Sequence record: OR413578.1
Strand: one strand, 5' to 3'
DNA: 64,000 bases
In this document: positions 36,216-45,246 of the stretch, piece after piece
Position numbering within the stretch: the stretch's first letter is position 1
Layout of the letters: every line of letters begins with the position of its first letter
Position numbers and translations under genes: made by a program
The notes under the pieces: generated by a model
Seen by the model: the letters and a program-made list of their open reading frames with translations, nothing else
Told to the model about the DNA's origin: nothing
The model's database searches: none

Positions 36216-36854
36216 ATGCAATTACAATTTCGTCAACGGTCTGTACTACTACCGTTTAGCGCTATATTAGGTTCGTTTACCAAAATGCTGTCTGTGGATT
36301 TTACTGCAGCTGAGAAAGAAGCGCTGTTATTGGCGGCAGTCGAAGAAGTATTGTGGGAGGCGTTTTACGTAGTGCCGTTTCGTAGCTGCTTAAACGCCCC
36401 GTATGTTGAAGGGCAGTTTGTCAGCGCGCTTTCCGCTGCGATTACCAAACGTAAACTAAATGCCATGGCGCATGTCAAAGAGATCACCGCGCAACGAGGA
36501 CGGATATTCGCTACCATCAGAAATGTGTTAATTAAAGAAGGGTTTCTTGCAGATGTGTTAGGTCCCGAGGTTCCTTGGGAACCGGGTCATCCACCGCGTC
36601 AGTTTGACCACGGGTACAAGTTAAGTATAATTATGCCACGCGGTAAGCGTGACGTCTCATTGGGGAAATGGTTACAGATAAGTTGGGTTCGTCCTACTAT
36701 CGATTGGCAAGAAATGTCGGTCAATCGCTATCTGGAACACCTGGCAAAAACACCGGCACAGTTTCACCGTTCAACAATCCTGCCGCTACACATGCTGTTA
36801 AAACCGTCCCTGTCATTGGCAGAAGCCAGATACCTGCTTAGTGGAGAGAAGTGA
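36216..36854 (+). CDS. hypothetical protein (212 aa)
   Basis: AAGGA SD; ATTAC(36165)-TGTG(36185) promoter. Confidence 0.65.
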   Translation: MQLQFRQRSVLLPFSAILGSFTKMLSVDFTAAEKEALLLAAVEEVLWEAFYVVPFRSCLNAPYVEGQFVSALSAAITKRKLNAMAHVKEITAQRGRIFATIRNVLIKEGFLADVLGPEVPWEPGHPPRQFDHGYKLSIIMPRGKRDVSLGKWLQISWVRPTIDWQEMSVNRYLEHLAKTPAQFHRSTILPLHMLLKPSLSLAEARYLLSGEK

Positions 36855-37336
36855 TGCTTGTTATTAATGTGGTCGAGGATAAGATTCCCGCGAATGTTTA
36901 TCCTGAACTGGTTGAATGGGTACGCGACTTAAACAGTATCCGCGAGGAGCCTATTAAACTCACGATGTTTGTTGAGGATGATATCGTGCGGGGAATCATG
37001 GCATGGGAACCTGGCCATTTGGTCTATATGGTTGTGCCCGAAGAATCGCGGCGGGGCGGTGTCGGCAGATTTATGCTTAAGTATCTTCAGCAGAACTCCG
37101 ATCGTAAACACATCAGCTGTCGTGTTCACCCGACCAACATTCCCGCGCTAGGATTCTTTCACCAACAAGGCTTCCAGATTGACCGATGGTATATTGCTGC
37201 TGACGGCCAACGGTATTTTCGTATGACGAACTACAATGTTATTTCGTCACACACGCCGCCGGAGGAAAAGCTTTTAACTCATTACGCTGAAAGCGTTCCC
37301 ATTTTTCTTTCGATGGCAGAAGGTCATTTCGTCTAA
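36851..37336 (+). CDS. GNAT-family acetyltransferase
   Basis: VVPEESRRGGVG (motif A) and TNIPALGFFHQQGF (motif B). Confidence 0.85.
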   Translation: MMLVINVVEDKIPANVYPELVEWVRDLNSIREEPIKLTMFVEDDIVRGIMAWEPGHLVYMVVPEESRRGGVGRFMLKYLQQNSDRKHISCRVHPTNIPALGFFHQQGFQIDRWYIAADGQRYFRMTNYNVISSHTPPEEKLLTHYAESVPIFLSMAEGHFV

Positions 37337-37353
37337 ACGAGCGAGAGTGTATA

Positions 37354-37830
37354 ATGATACGTGTTGCTTACGAAACACGAGATACGGATGGAACCCGTAT
37401 AAACGTCATCCGCCGTGTGGAGCTTGTTCCTCAGCATGAACTGAATATTGCAGACAGTTCGCTTAGGGGCACTCCTGTTAAGATTCTGAATCTTACGAGA
37501 TGTTCTTTTCATCACAGTAAGACATCACCAGCAATACGGTCCAGTAAAAGAAAAAGTTATGCCGATTTAAAACGTCGGTTGTCCCGGCATTTTCGTCGGA
37601 GTGCCTGGAAGGCTTTAGTTGAGGTTTTGGTCGACGAGCACCTTATCCAGAGGTTGGAGTGGGAAGAAGTTCTCAAGGAAGCGGGCTATCCAACAAAACC
37701 TTTCTCTTATCACTGGCATCACTTCAAAAAACAGTTCCATGATGCCTTACAGGTATCGCCAAACACTCGCAACATGATTCACCGTTTGGAGAAAATGGAC
37801 TGGCTTCTACCCTATCTGGAAGAGGACTAG
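37354..37830 (+). CDS. hypothetical basic protein (158 aa)
   Basis: ORF in operon context. Confidence 0.6.
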   Translation: MIRVAYETRDTDGTRINVIRRVELVPQHELNIADSSLRGTPVKILNLTRCSFHHSKTSPAIRSSKRKSYADLKRRLSRHFRRSAWKALVEVLVDEHLIQRLEWEEVLKEAGYPTKPFSYHWHHFKKQFHDALQVSPNTRNMIHRLEKMDWLLPYLEED

Positions 37831-37832
37831 AT

Positions 37833-38222
37833 ATGATGCGTGCTGTATTAGCTGTGTTTATAGTCTGCGTTACTGCGCCAGTAAACGCCTTTACCATTCA
37901 GGACTTCCCGCAGTATAAACCGATGTGGGAAACTGACGCACCTGTGAAATTCAGCGACAAAGATGAACCAGTCGTGACGGTGGAAAATGGTGAGTTTGCC
38001 GTGGTTAACTACGGACGTTCTGAACTGTGTCCAGGCGGTGGCTTTTATCTCGTTAACACAAAGCGCAAGACGTACCAGCCAATAGATGCGGGTACGTGTT
38101 CGTCGAAAGTTAAAGCGACAATTGCCCCGTCAGTACGAACACACTGCAGAGTTAATAACCTACGGTTAACTTTTTGGGTAGGTAAAGAAATTTCCGCACG
38201 GTATCCTTTGTACGATTATTAA
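37833..38222 (+). CDS. exported protein with signal peptide
   Basis: MMRAVLAVFIVCVTAPVNA-FT (basic, hydrophobic, V-N-A cleavage); Cys residues in the mature part. Confidence 0.6.
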   Translation: MMRAVLAVFIVCVTAPVNAFTIQDFPQYKPMWETDAPVKFSDKDEPVVTVENGEFAVVNYGRSELCPGGGFYLVNTKRKTYQPIDAGTCSSKVKATIAPSVRTHCRVNNLRLTFWVGKEISARYPLYDY

Positions 38223-38230
38223 ACACAGCG

Positions 38231-38266
38231 TATAGGGGCTTCGGCCCCTATACTGTTTATTATTTT
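38231..38266 (+). terminator. intrinsic terminator
   Basis: TATAGGGGC-TTCG-GCCCCTATA followed by a T-rich tract. Confidence 0.8.
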
Positions 38267-38311
38267 CCTGTGAAGTATTATGACCCCTTAATCAAATACC
38301 AGGAGCGAGGC

Positions 38312-38929
38312 ATGTCTTTCGTTATTGACTTTAACCACCACCACAGTCAAACCTTGCTCGATTTAGTCAATGCTTTTAATGCTGAAACCGTTTATACTCC
38401 CCTGACCACAGAACGTATCCGAGTGGAGAGTTATGGTCCACCGGAACCGGACGGTCGTGTAAGTGCTTTACTGACTAATAAGAGTAAGCCAGATGACTAT
38501 GTGGTTGTGCGTTACCGCAAATTGAGCTTAAATGATATAATCACATTGGGACCTGAACATCTCACGTGGTTTGATTTGTCGAAAGGTAAACCGGCCGATT
38601 TGCGCGTATGGTCTGAACCTGCAATGGCCAGTTTTGAATCAGCGTGTGCAGAACGCGGCATCGTTGTAAGTAAAGCGTGGGAAAATCCCGCGCAATGCCA
38701 CGTAGAGTACGACATCCCGACTGATCGATACATACTCGTCTATGAATGCGAATCGTTTGTTTACGAATCGCGTACACGCATTACGCTACCGTACCATATC
38801 GGCCAAGACTTAACCAAGACAACGCTGCCTGGTCTGGAATACGACTTGGCTGGCTTCTGGGGGCGTAAGCTGTTAGAAGAAGTGACTATCTCGAAGCTTA
38901 ACGGTTTTCGTTATCGTGAGTTTGTTTAA
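38312..38929 (+). CDS. tail protein of the phiKZ gp131-like paralogue family
   Basis: LLDLVNAFN...VVVRYRKLSLNDII; C-terminal ISKLNGFR; start moved to ATG 38312. Confidence 0.55.
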   Translation: MSFVIDFNHHHSQTLLDLVNAFNAETVYTPLTTERIRVESYGPPEPDGRVSALLTNKSKPDDYVVVRYRKLSLNDIITLGPEHLTWFDLSKGKPADLRVWSEPAMASFESACAERGIVVSKAWENPAQCHVEYDIPTDRYILVYECESFVYESRTRITLPYHIGQDLTKTTLPGLEYDLAGFWGRKLLEEVTISKLNGFRYREFV

Positions 38930-38934
38930 GACAC

Positions 38935-38973
38935 TACCCTCGCTAAACAGGCGAGGGTGGGTATTTATTTTTT
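38935..38973 (+). terminator. intrinsic terminator
   Basis: ACCCTCGC/GCGAGGGT stem followed by a T tract. Confidence 0.7.
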
Positions 38974-39009
38974 CTTACGAATCGTCCACTCCGTATAGGA
39001 GGTAAGTCC

Positions 39010-39609
39010 ATGAAAAAGATTTATAAAATTACGGTAATCGGTTCTCGGAAGACTGATGAAGATACCATGTCCGAAATGTACATGCGCTTGTTACGTGGGT
39101 TTAATGCGTTGCACGCCAAAGGTTACACGATTCATTTTTCTTCTGGCGGTTGTTGGTGTGGTCCAGACCAATTGCAATTCCGGTTTGCTCGACAGTGGGC
39201 GAATACAATCGACCAAGATACCGGCAAGAAAGTGGTGTGGGATGATGAGTTCATTTGTTACCTACCCGATGAGAAAAAGCTTTGGCTCAAGAAACAGAAC
39301 CCCAACGTAGAGTTCCGTGTAATCCCTCAGGATGACCGCTATCGTGAGATAGTAGGTAGGCTTCATCCCGCGCCAGAAAAGCTCCAGGAGTTCGCCTGGG
39401 CGCTTCATGGCCGTAATCTGAATATAATTATGGGCGATGATTTAGCAACGCCTGTAGACGCAGTCTATTACTCTGCGCCTTTAGATAAACAAGGTAATCC
39501 GACCGGCGGTACTGCAATGGGCGTGAAATACGCTAAGCAGTGTGGTATTCCTTGTTACCACCATGCGCTTGAAGGACATCTGTGGCTTGAGAGCTTGTGC
39601 TTATTATGA
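39010..39609 (+). CDS. SLOG-superfamily (DprA/YpsA-like) protein
   Basis: ITVIGSR, SSGGCWCGPD, LHGRNLNIIMG, TGGTAMGVKYAKQCGIP follow SLOG motif order. Confidence 0.75.
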   Translation: MKKIYKITVIGSRKTDEDTMSEMYMRLLRGFNALHAKGYTIHFSSGGCWCGPDQLQFRFARQWANTIDQDTGKKVVWDDEFICYLPDEKKLWLKKQNPNVEFRVIPQDDRYREIVGRLHPAPEKLQEFAWALHGRNLNIIMGDDLATPVDAVYYSAPLDKQGNPTGGTAMGVKYAKQCGIPCYHHALEGHLWLESLCLL

Positions 39610-39639
39610 CCACGTTGCCTTTAATCAGAGGTCGCTATT

Positions 39640-39912
39640 ATGCAAACTACCAGTTTGGCTCGTCGTTTGTGGGAAGCCTTCTTCCCTACGCCGTCAAAAC
39701 CGATTAAGAAGGTGACTAGCCTTCGCTTGTTCCCAGGCACCGAGGATGAGTTCTTCGATTACCTGGAACGCCACGGTTTTGATTCGAAAGTCGCACCACA
39801 AGAAAATGACCCAATTCAGACGGTCTACACTACGCCGGATACGGGAGAGATATTTGCCTTGTGTGTTCGATGGCCACATCGCAACTATTACTATACTTTG
39901 ACGCAGATGTAA
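39640..39912 (+). CDS. hypothetical protein (90 aa)
   Basis: GAGG SD. Confidence 0.6.
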   Translation: MQTTSLARRLWEAFFPTPSKPIKKVTSLRLFPGTEDEFFDYLERHGFDSKVAPQENDPIQTVYTTPDTGEIFALCVRWPHRNYYYTLTQM

Positions 39913-39922
39913 GGAGCAGGGG

Positions 39923-41056
39923 ATGTCGACGCTCGATTTAGATTTAGAAGTCCTGACTGACGACTACGATCGCCTGGTCGCACTCGAAGGTCTGGGAGTT
40001 AAGCCCGACTTCCCTGCGGTTTGTGCGATTCGTCAGCGTTGGTGCTTAACCGATGACGGTGAGGACATGTTGGTTGCTCGTGAATCGCGCGAAGCGATGG
40101 AGCGTGCTCAGTTTATGACTGATACTGACCCGCGGGCTGGCATCCATCGCGCAGCAGGGCGCATTACTGCGAAAGCTGTTAAAGGTGCTGGAAAGTTAGT
40201 GGGTGCTGGACTAGGTGCAACCGCAAAGGGTGCGGGTAAACTTTCGAAAAAGCTCGCATTACGCTTTTACGATTTCGCGGAAGCGCTAGCGAAAGAACAA
40301 GCCGACCGTTTGAAAGAAATAACTTCGAAAGCCGCATTCATGGAGCGTAAGCTCAATAAGCTCAAAGCACGAATGTCGCTATTGGATGACCACAAAACAC
40401 TCGCTGCGGTCGACGTTCACACGAGTAGCTGGACGTCTAAAATTTGCTTTGAAGATCGACCCGATTTTGAAGCGTGTGTTAAGTTTTCTAAACAAACAAA
40501 TGCGTACGAAGGCGTCGTGCAAAAGTACACGGTTTACACACGCACCGCTCTGAAGAAAAGCAAAGCATTCGAAGGGCCGGGCTTAAAACAAATCAGCAAG
40601 TCCACGAACTGGGCAGTTAAGCGTGCTGCTGGGTTGCTTGGCATCATCGATCCCTTTAAAAAGGTGGAAGCTTTTCCTGTCCCTGGAAATATCGTTGTGG
40701 TTGAGCACCATAGCGGTAAGGTCAGTTGGGCAATTGCGCGTGACGGTGAGTATGGTGAAACCATTAAATCGCTGGATATGCATCAGTGTGGGAAAGCAAT
40801 AGAGGCTGTGGAAGCACTTATCAAATCTATTGCTGCACGTGGAACAAAGAACCGTGTTGTGGGCTACACTGGCATTTACGAAGAAGTGGAAGCGATGAAG
40901 TCCGAGCTTAAGAACCTAGAAGGGGATGAGCTGAAGGAGGCCACGTTACGTTACCGTAATGCAATGGCGATGGAAGACGCTTTCACCACGGCGTTGGTAC
41001 GTGTGGCGGAGGGTCTAATGGAGTGGACGAAGCAATCGTTGGCTGAGGTGAAATGA
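39923..41056 (+). CDS. divergent member of the gp53/gp54-like head protein family
   Basis: VALEG...AIRQRW...VARES and KEQ segment align with AQESIRKRW...ARES of 4191/5546. Confidence 0.55.
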   Translation: MSTLDLDLEVLTDDYDRLVALEGLGVKPDFPAVCAIRQRWCLTDDGEDMLVARESREAMERAQFMTDTDPRAGIHRAAGRITAKAVKGAGKLVGAGLGATAKGAGKLSKKLALRFYDFAEALAKEQADRLKEITSKAAFMERKLNKLKARMSLLDDHKTLAAVDVHTSSWTSKICFEDRPDFEACVKFSKQTNAYEGVVQKYTVYTRTALKKSKAFEGPGLKQISKSTNWAVKRAAGLLGIIDPFKKVEAFPVPGNIVVVEHHSGKVSWAIARDGEYGETIKSLDMHQCGKAIEAVEALIKSIAARGTKNRVVGYTGIYEEVEAMKSELKNLEGDELKEATLRYRNAMAMEDAFTTALVRVAEGLMEWTKQSLAEVK

Positions 41057-41520
41057 TGAAAATTGTTTTTGTCACCAAGCCCAACTCTCCGTATGGAAAG
41101 AAATATTACGCCGACTTGTTAGGACTACACAACAAGTTATACGACGATCAGAAAATAAAACTTGCCGACTTAAACGGTCGTGAAGGGTTTAATCAAATCT
41201 CAAAACTGGAGGAGGTTTGGGGTGAAGGTACGCTATGCGCTTGCGCCGTTGATGACCGTGATGTGGCTGTTGGCTTCATCACCTTTGGCTACACCAAAAA
41301 GGGACAACGTTTCCTCTGGGTATATAACTTTTTTGTAGATGAATCGGTTCGTTCACAAGGCGTTGGTCATGAACTGATCGAAGCCGTAGAGAACTATGGC
41401 AAATCAAAAGGCTGCGCATGGATGCAGCTTAACGTGCTCGGTAATAACGACCGTGCTATTGCGTTTTATGAACGTTTCGGATTCCGAACTGAATACCAGG
41501 ATATGGTAAAGGAGCTTTAA
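41053..41520 (+). CDS. GNAT-family acetyltransferase
   Basis: FFVDESVRSQGVGHELI and NNDRAIAFYERFGF. Confidence 0.9.
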   Translation: MMKIVFVTKPNSPYGKKYYADLLGLHNKLYDDQKIKLADLNGREGFNQISKLEEVWGEGTLCACAVDDRDVAVGFITFGYTKKGQRFLWVYNFFVDESVRSQGVGHELIEAVENYGKSKGCAWMQLNVLGNNDRAIAFYERFGFRTEYQDMVKEL

Positions 41521-41521
41521 C

Positions 41522-42130
41522 ATGGTGGCTGTCCGCAGCGTGCCGCATCAGACTGGCTCGCGATATACTTTTTGTGTAAAGCGTTTCGGGGCAAGAAATC
41601 GCCCTGGTTGGAAGGTGGTACGTGCGATGGGACAGTTCTGGCAATTACCGCCCGGCACGTTAAAATATTTTTCAGTAGACAGAATAGCCCAGTTCTTAAA
41701 TGCGGCTGACCCAAGTCAACGGTCCAGTTTTATAGCAGGGGTTGTTTGTCGTCCCGATGGGAAAACACGCGATGCAACCACACGTGGAATTTACTGGACA
41801 GGACAGAACGCGTTTCAGGTTGGCTTACCTTGCCTGAAGTGTGAAGTGACGCCGTTTAATGGCCCCTATGCCGATGCGTACTTCACCGGTATCTTTGTGT
41901 CGTTCCCAGACGACCCGTCTTTAAACTACTTTCTATCGGTAGACAAAGACGTCAGTATTGATACCTTCTACAAATACTTGTTGTTTTACAGCCGGTATAT
42001 CCGCGTGACTCCTGTGCATGAAGATTGGTATTATAAAAATCCCTTGAACTATGGGAGGGACAGGAGACTAGAAGGATGTTCTATCGAGAGCTTCAACTCT
42101 GTACCGCAGCGCTCCATGGCGCTAATGTGA
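41522..42130 (+). CDS. hypothetical protein (202 aa)
   Basis: AAGGAG SD. Confidence 0.6.
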   Translation: MVAVRSVPHQTGSRYTFCVKRFGARNRPGWKVVRAMGQFWQLPPGTLKYFSVDRIAQFLNAADPSQRSSFIAGVVCRPDGKTRDATTRGIYWTGQNAFQVGLPCLKCEVTPFNGPYADAYFTGIFVSFPDDPSLNYFLSVDKDVSIDTFYKYLLFYSRYIRVTPVHEDWYYKNPLNYGRDRRLEGCSIESFNSVPQRSMALM

Positions 42131-42447
42131 GCAAGAACGGGGACCTGGAAGACGTCGCGCAAGCCTTACGGGCTGTGTCGGAGGTTGACCAGGTCGACAT
42201 CGACGCTAAGTATTTAGGCGGCGGTGTAAAGCGTATTCAGTTGACCGTGCGAGCCAAACATGGCAGCTGCTCGTTACATTTTCGAGTCAGTGCGGATTAT
42301 TTCCTGGTACTGCGCTCCACATTCAGTCACGATGGTCGGACTCACCGGGTTCGGTGGATGCACGACATTACTAAATTTGGCTACCCGCTTGCAGAACAAC
42401 GTAAAGTCGTACATGACTTTATGGCTGCAGTCGTTGCGGGGTTTTAA
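42076..42447 (+). CDS. hypothetical protein (<=123 aa)
   Basis: Start uncertain, possibly a downstream GTG. Confidence 0.5.
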   Translation: MFYRELQLCTAALHGANVSKNGDLEDVAQALRAVSEVDQVDIDAKYLGGGVKRIQLTVRAKHGSCSLHFRVSADYFLVLRSTFSHDGRTHRVRWMHDITKFGYPLAEQRKVVHDFMAAVVAGF

Positions 42448-42456
42448 GGGGAGACT

Positions 42457-43056
42457 GTGATGTCTGAGATGATTCTCGATTCGCTGTTTTTGATTACGGT
42501 TGCAAACATCAATAAAAACGGCAATCTTCCAGAATACGTAGACATAAGTCGTCATGGCTTTAAGCGTCGTTATCAAATCGGTAAGGTACTAGAGATTGCC
42601 TGTTTAGTAACGAACATGCGTAGACCGGTGGAAGGCTGTAGCGTTAAACATGCACAGATGATACTCGGACGTGCTATTTCGGAAGTACGTCGTAAGCGTC
42701 GTCGTGCACCGTATCGCTTTTATCCTAACTCCACCAAACAGGTGGTCGGTGAGGGGGAAGGTGTGGTTGATTTGCGTGAGGCCAGTTGTAATGTAGGTGG
42801 TATTGCGCGTGACTGGTTAATGAGCATTATCAGTAAGCATCCACGCACACCTACGCCGCAAGAAGGACAGGCGGTACTCGCACTTATGCGTAAGACCCAT
42901 TTGGTGATCACCGATACACCGAATCAGGCAGCACGAATGCAGCACTATTTGGCGTGTCGTGGCTTTACCACACTCGCAGTGCCATCAGAATACGCAACTG
43001 ATATTAAACTTCCGACAGTTCCCGAGTGGTCTGAACCGAAAGTTGATCATCAGTGA
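42457..43056 (+). CDS. hypothetical protein (199 aa)
   Basis: GGGGAG SD; ends at a terminator. Confidence 0.6.
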   Translation: MMSEMILDSLFLITVANINKNGNLPEYVDISRHGFKRRYQIGKVLEIACLVTNMRRPVEGCSVKHAQMILGRAISEVRRKRRRAPYRFYPNSTKQVVGEGEGVVDLREASCNVGGIARDWLMSIISKHPRTPTPQEGQAVLALMRKTHLVITDTPNQAARMQHYLACRGFTTLAVPSEYATDIKLPTVPEWSEPKVDHQ

Positions 43057-43061
43057 GTTAT

Positions 43062-43099
43062 ACCCACTCCTTCGGGAGTGGGTCGACTCTATTGTTTTT
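43062..43099 (+). terminator. intrinsic terminator
   Basis: ACCCACTCC-TTCG-GGAGTGGGT. Confidence 0.7.
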
Positions 43100-43156
43100 C
43101 GGATAGATATTATTTTAGGGAGACGTACAAAATTTACGTTTCATCCTTAGTATATG
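43097..43156 (+). promoter_or_regulatory. class II motif followed by AAATTTACGTTTCA...TATG promoter
   Basis: TTTCGGATAGATATTATTTTAGGGAGA 43097; AAATTTACGTTTCA 43130; TATG 43153. Confidence 0.55.
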
Positions 43157-43213
43157 CTAGAAGCCGTTGTGAGTCGGTTAAAACTCACCAACTTAAACTA
43201 AGAGAGAAATACC

Positions 43214-43972
43214 ATGACTGTTAATACTACGAAGAAAGAGTTCCTGTCCGTCCCCACTGCCTGTGGCGAATATCGTTATGTATTTTTGTATAACGAAGAG
43301 ATGATCGGTAAGGGCGGGATGCCGATTATGATAGAGCATAAGCTCATCAGCGCTAAAACAGGCGGTACCGTTGTACATGGCACGACTGAGTTCTTCGCAA
43401 CTAACGCAACGCGGGAAGATGTTATTCGCGGGTTGCTGAAAGCACTGCGTGAAGTCTCAGCCAGGATGTTCTTTAAACACATCGCCCGTAAGCCTGAACT
43501 CATCCCCGCGTGGAAAGAGTTCGACTTAGAAGCACTGCGTGAAGCTGCACCACGCTATGTCTTCATTGAAGAATGCATCAATGCGTATTTTAAAGACGTG
43601 ATGCAAACCGAGCGATTGGTAAATAAAGCATCCGAAACAGGAAATCGTTTCTTCCGCAGTGTCAAATTTAAAGAAGACCTCCGGGCTAACTTCAACGATA
43701 TTGAACTGCGTGTTACCCGCCGCATGACACTGCTGCGTCCTGAATCAGATACACCGCAGGCCATGTTGTCTTATTCCTTGGCCCCTTCTGCGTTGTTTAA
43801 CAAACGCGAAGGCTTCAGTATAATGTCGCTCAATTTCACTAACAAGTACGCGTTAGGGGAATGGCCGTCATTAAATGCATTCTTCAAAAGTCCGGGCATC
43901 AAGCCGGTCATCGAAGCATGGATTGAGCACACCTGGACACCAGAAATGAAGAACCGCAAGGCTATCGAGTAA
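43214..43972 (+). CDS. hypothetical protein (252 aa)
   Basis: Single-gene unit between promoter and terminator. Confidence 0.7.
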   Translation: MTVNTTKKEFLSVPTACGEYRYVFLYNEEMIGKGGMPIMIEHKLISAKTGGTVVHGTTEFFATNATREDVIRGLLKALREVSARMFFKHIARKPELIPAWKEFDLEALREAAPRYVFIEECINAYFKDVMQTERLVNKASETGNRFFRSVKFKEDLRANFNDIELRVTRRMTLLRPESDTPQAMLSYSLAPSALFNKREGFSIMSLNFTNKYALGEWPSLNAFFKSPGIKPVIEAWIEHTWTPEMKNRKAIE

Positions 43973-43985
43973 TAACATCTAATGT

Positions 43986-44020
43986 CAGGCATCCTTCGGG
44001 GTGCCTGTTTTATTTTTTTC
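43986..44020 (+). terminator. intrinsic terminator
   Basis: CAGGCATCC-TTCG-GGGTGCCTG followed by a T run. Confidence 0.8.
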
Positions 44021-44083
44021 TTTACGTTTGGTCGCTATATTGTGACACCACTACAATTAATTAAACTTTTGGGGAAGAATAAA

Positions 44084-44707
44084 ATGTTAAACTCAGTGGC
44101 GCTGGATGGTCCGGACTTTTCTGGCAAATCAACACTCGCGAAAATGATTCAAGCGATGTTGCGCTCCGCTGGCGTTAATGTCATCATCGTCAATCACCCG
44201 ACGAATACCACTGAAGCCGGTATTAGTGCACGTTCTCTGGTTATCCAGCACGCTTCTAACGAACGCATTGCTAAAGCGATGTGTCTGGATTTCCAATACA
44301 CGATGGATTTCGTTGTACCAGAGCACGATGTCGTTATTTTTGACCGTTTTTGTCAATCGACTATTGTCTACCAGGGCGTAGATGGTAAAGGGGAAGTTTT
44401 CCGTTCGCGGGTATTAGACCACATTAACGCACCAAAGCTTTACGTGGCAACCGATGTATCTTACGAAACCGCCACAGAACGCTTTAAGAAGCGCGTAGAA
44501 GCACAAGGTAAGCACTGGGATGATGAGGTACTGACAGCGAAGTATCTGCGCTCACAGACCGATTGGGACGCCTTACGCGACCATTATCGTTTTGCGTTCC
44601 ACATCACTACAGACGGTGGTGATAAGTTTCCACTGATGCGAATTACAGCAGACGACGATATAGCGTTACAGGCCGCCCGTATCGTTGAACGTATCCTGGC
44701 AGGTTAG
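44084..44707 (+). CDS. tmk: thymidylate (dTMP) kinase
   Basis: ALDGPDFSGKST P-loop and VIFDRF motif; start moved to ATG 44084. Confidence 0.85.
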   Translation: MLNSVALDGPDFSGKSTLAKMIQAMLRSAGVNVIIVNHPTNTTEAGISARSLVIQHASNERIAKAMCLDFQYTMDFVVPEHDVVIFDRFCQSTIVYQGVDGKGEVFRSRVLDHINAPKLYVATDVSYETATERFKKRVEAQGKHWDDEVLTAKYLRSQTDWDALRDHYRFAFHITTDGGDKFPLMRITADDDIALQAARIVERILAG

Positions 44708-44710
44708 TTG

Positions 44711-44750
44711 TACCCCTCTTACCTTCGGGTAAGAGGGTATTGTCTTTTTT
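44711..44750 (+). terminator. intrinsic terminator (27 nt identical to 17311-17337)
   Basis: CCCTCTTACC-TTCG-GGTAAGAGGG followed by a T tract. Confidence 0.8.
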
Positions 44751-44794
44751 ACAGATCGGAACAGTCTTATGCTTTTTGCTTCCAGTCCACTAAA

Positions 44795-44862
44795 TTTCAG
44801 ATATATATTACTTAGGTGAGAGTTACTACTAAACTCTCTAATCGACTATTAAGCTAAAGGAG
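44795..44862 (+). promoter_or_regulatory. early promoter + hairpin leader, copy 3
   Basis: TTTCAGATATATATTACTTAGGTGA; GAGAGTT/AACTCTC stem 44818-44838; AATCGACTATT 44840; AAGGAG SD. Confidence 0.75.
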
Positions 44863-44869
44863 TATTCTA

Positions 44870-45235
44870 ATGCGTTTTAAACATCAAACCGTTGTGTTGG
44901 CAAAGAAAGCGTTTTTGGTTCGTCTTTCTTACATTATTACTCGTGTCACTGCGAAGGACGTTACGCAGAAAGACATTGCGTTATTAGTAGGCTGCTCACC
45001 GTCACAAATATCTGCGATTAAAAATGAACGTGAGAAGGCCGTGACTATCGAAACATTGATGCGGGTTGCTGATACACTGCGCCTGAATTACGAAATCGTC
45101 TACCGTTCTATCAACGGTAAATGTCGTCATAGCTTTAAAATTGAATCATGCATCGATTACATGAACAACTGTCCTATCCGGGTACGAGAAACAGGACTTA
45201 AAGTCATGGCACGTAAACCTTCTGCAGTAATGTAG
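44870..45235 (+). CDS. XRE-family helix-turn-helix protein
   Basis: VTQKDIALLVGCSPSQISAIKNE...VTIETLMRVADTL. Confidence 0.85.
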   Translation: MRFKHQTVVLAKKAFLVRLSYIITRVTAKDVTQKDIALLVGCSPSQISAIKNEREKAVTIETLMRVADTLRLNYEIVYRSINGKCRHSFKIESCIDYMNNCPIRVRETGLKVMARKPSAVM

Positions 45236-45246
45236 GGAGCAAACGT

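Noticed and set aside
37348-37355. TATAAT as a host sigma70 promoter (also near 28158)
   Set aside because: No matching -35 or proper extended -10; insufficient support.
43982-44083. ORF-track N-terminal extensions (also 15946, 2576, 19482, 55667, 62935)
   Set aside because: They run through terminators, promoters or upstream genes; downstream ATGs have proper SDs.
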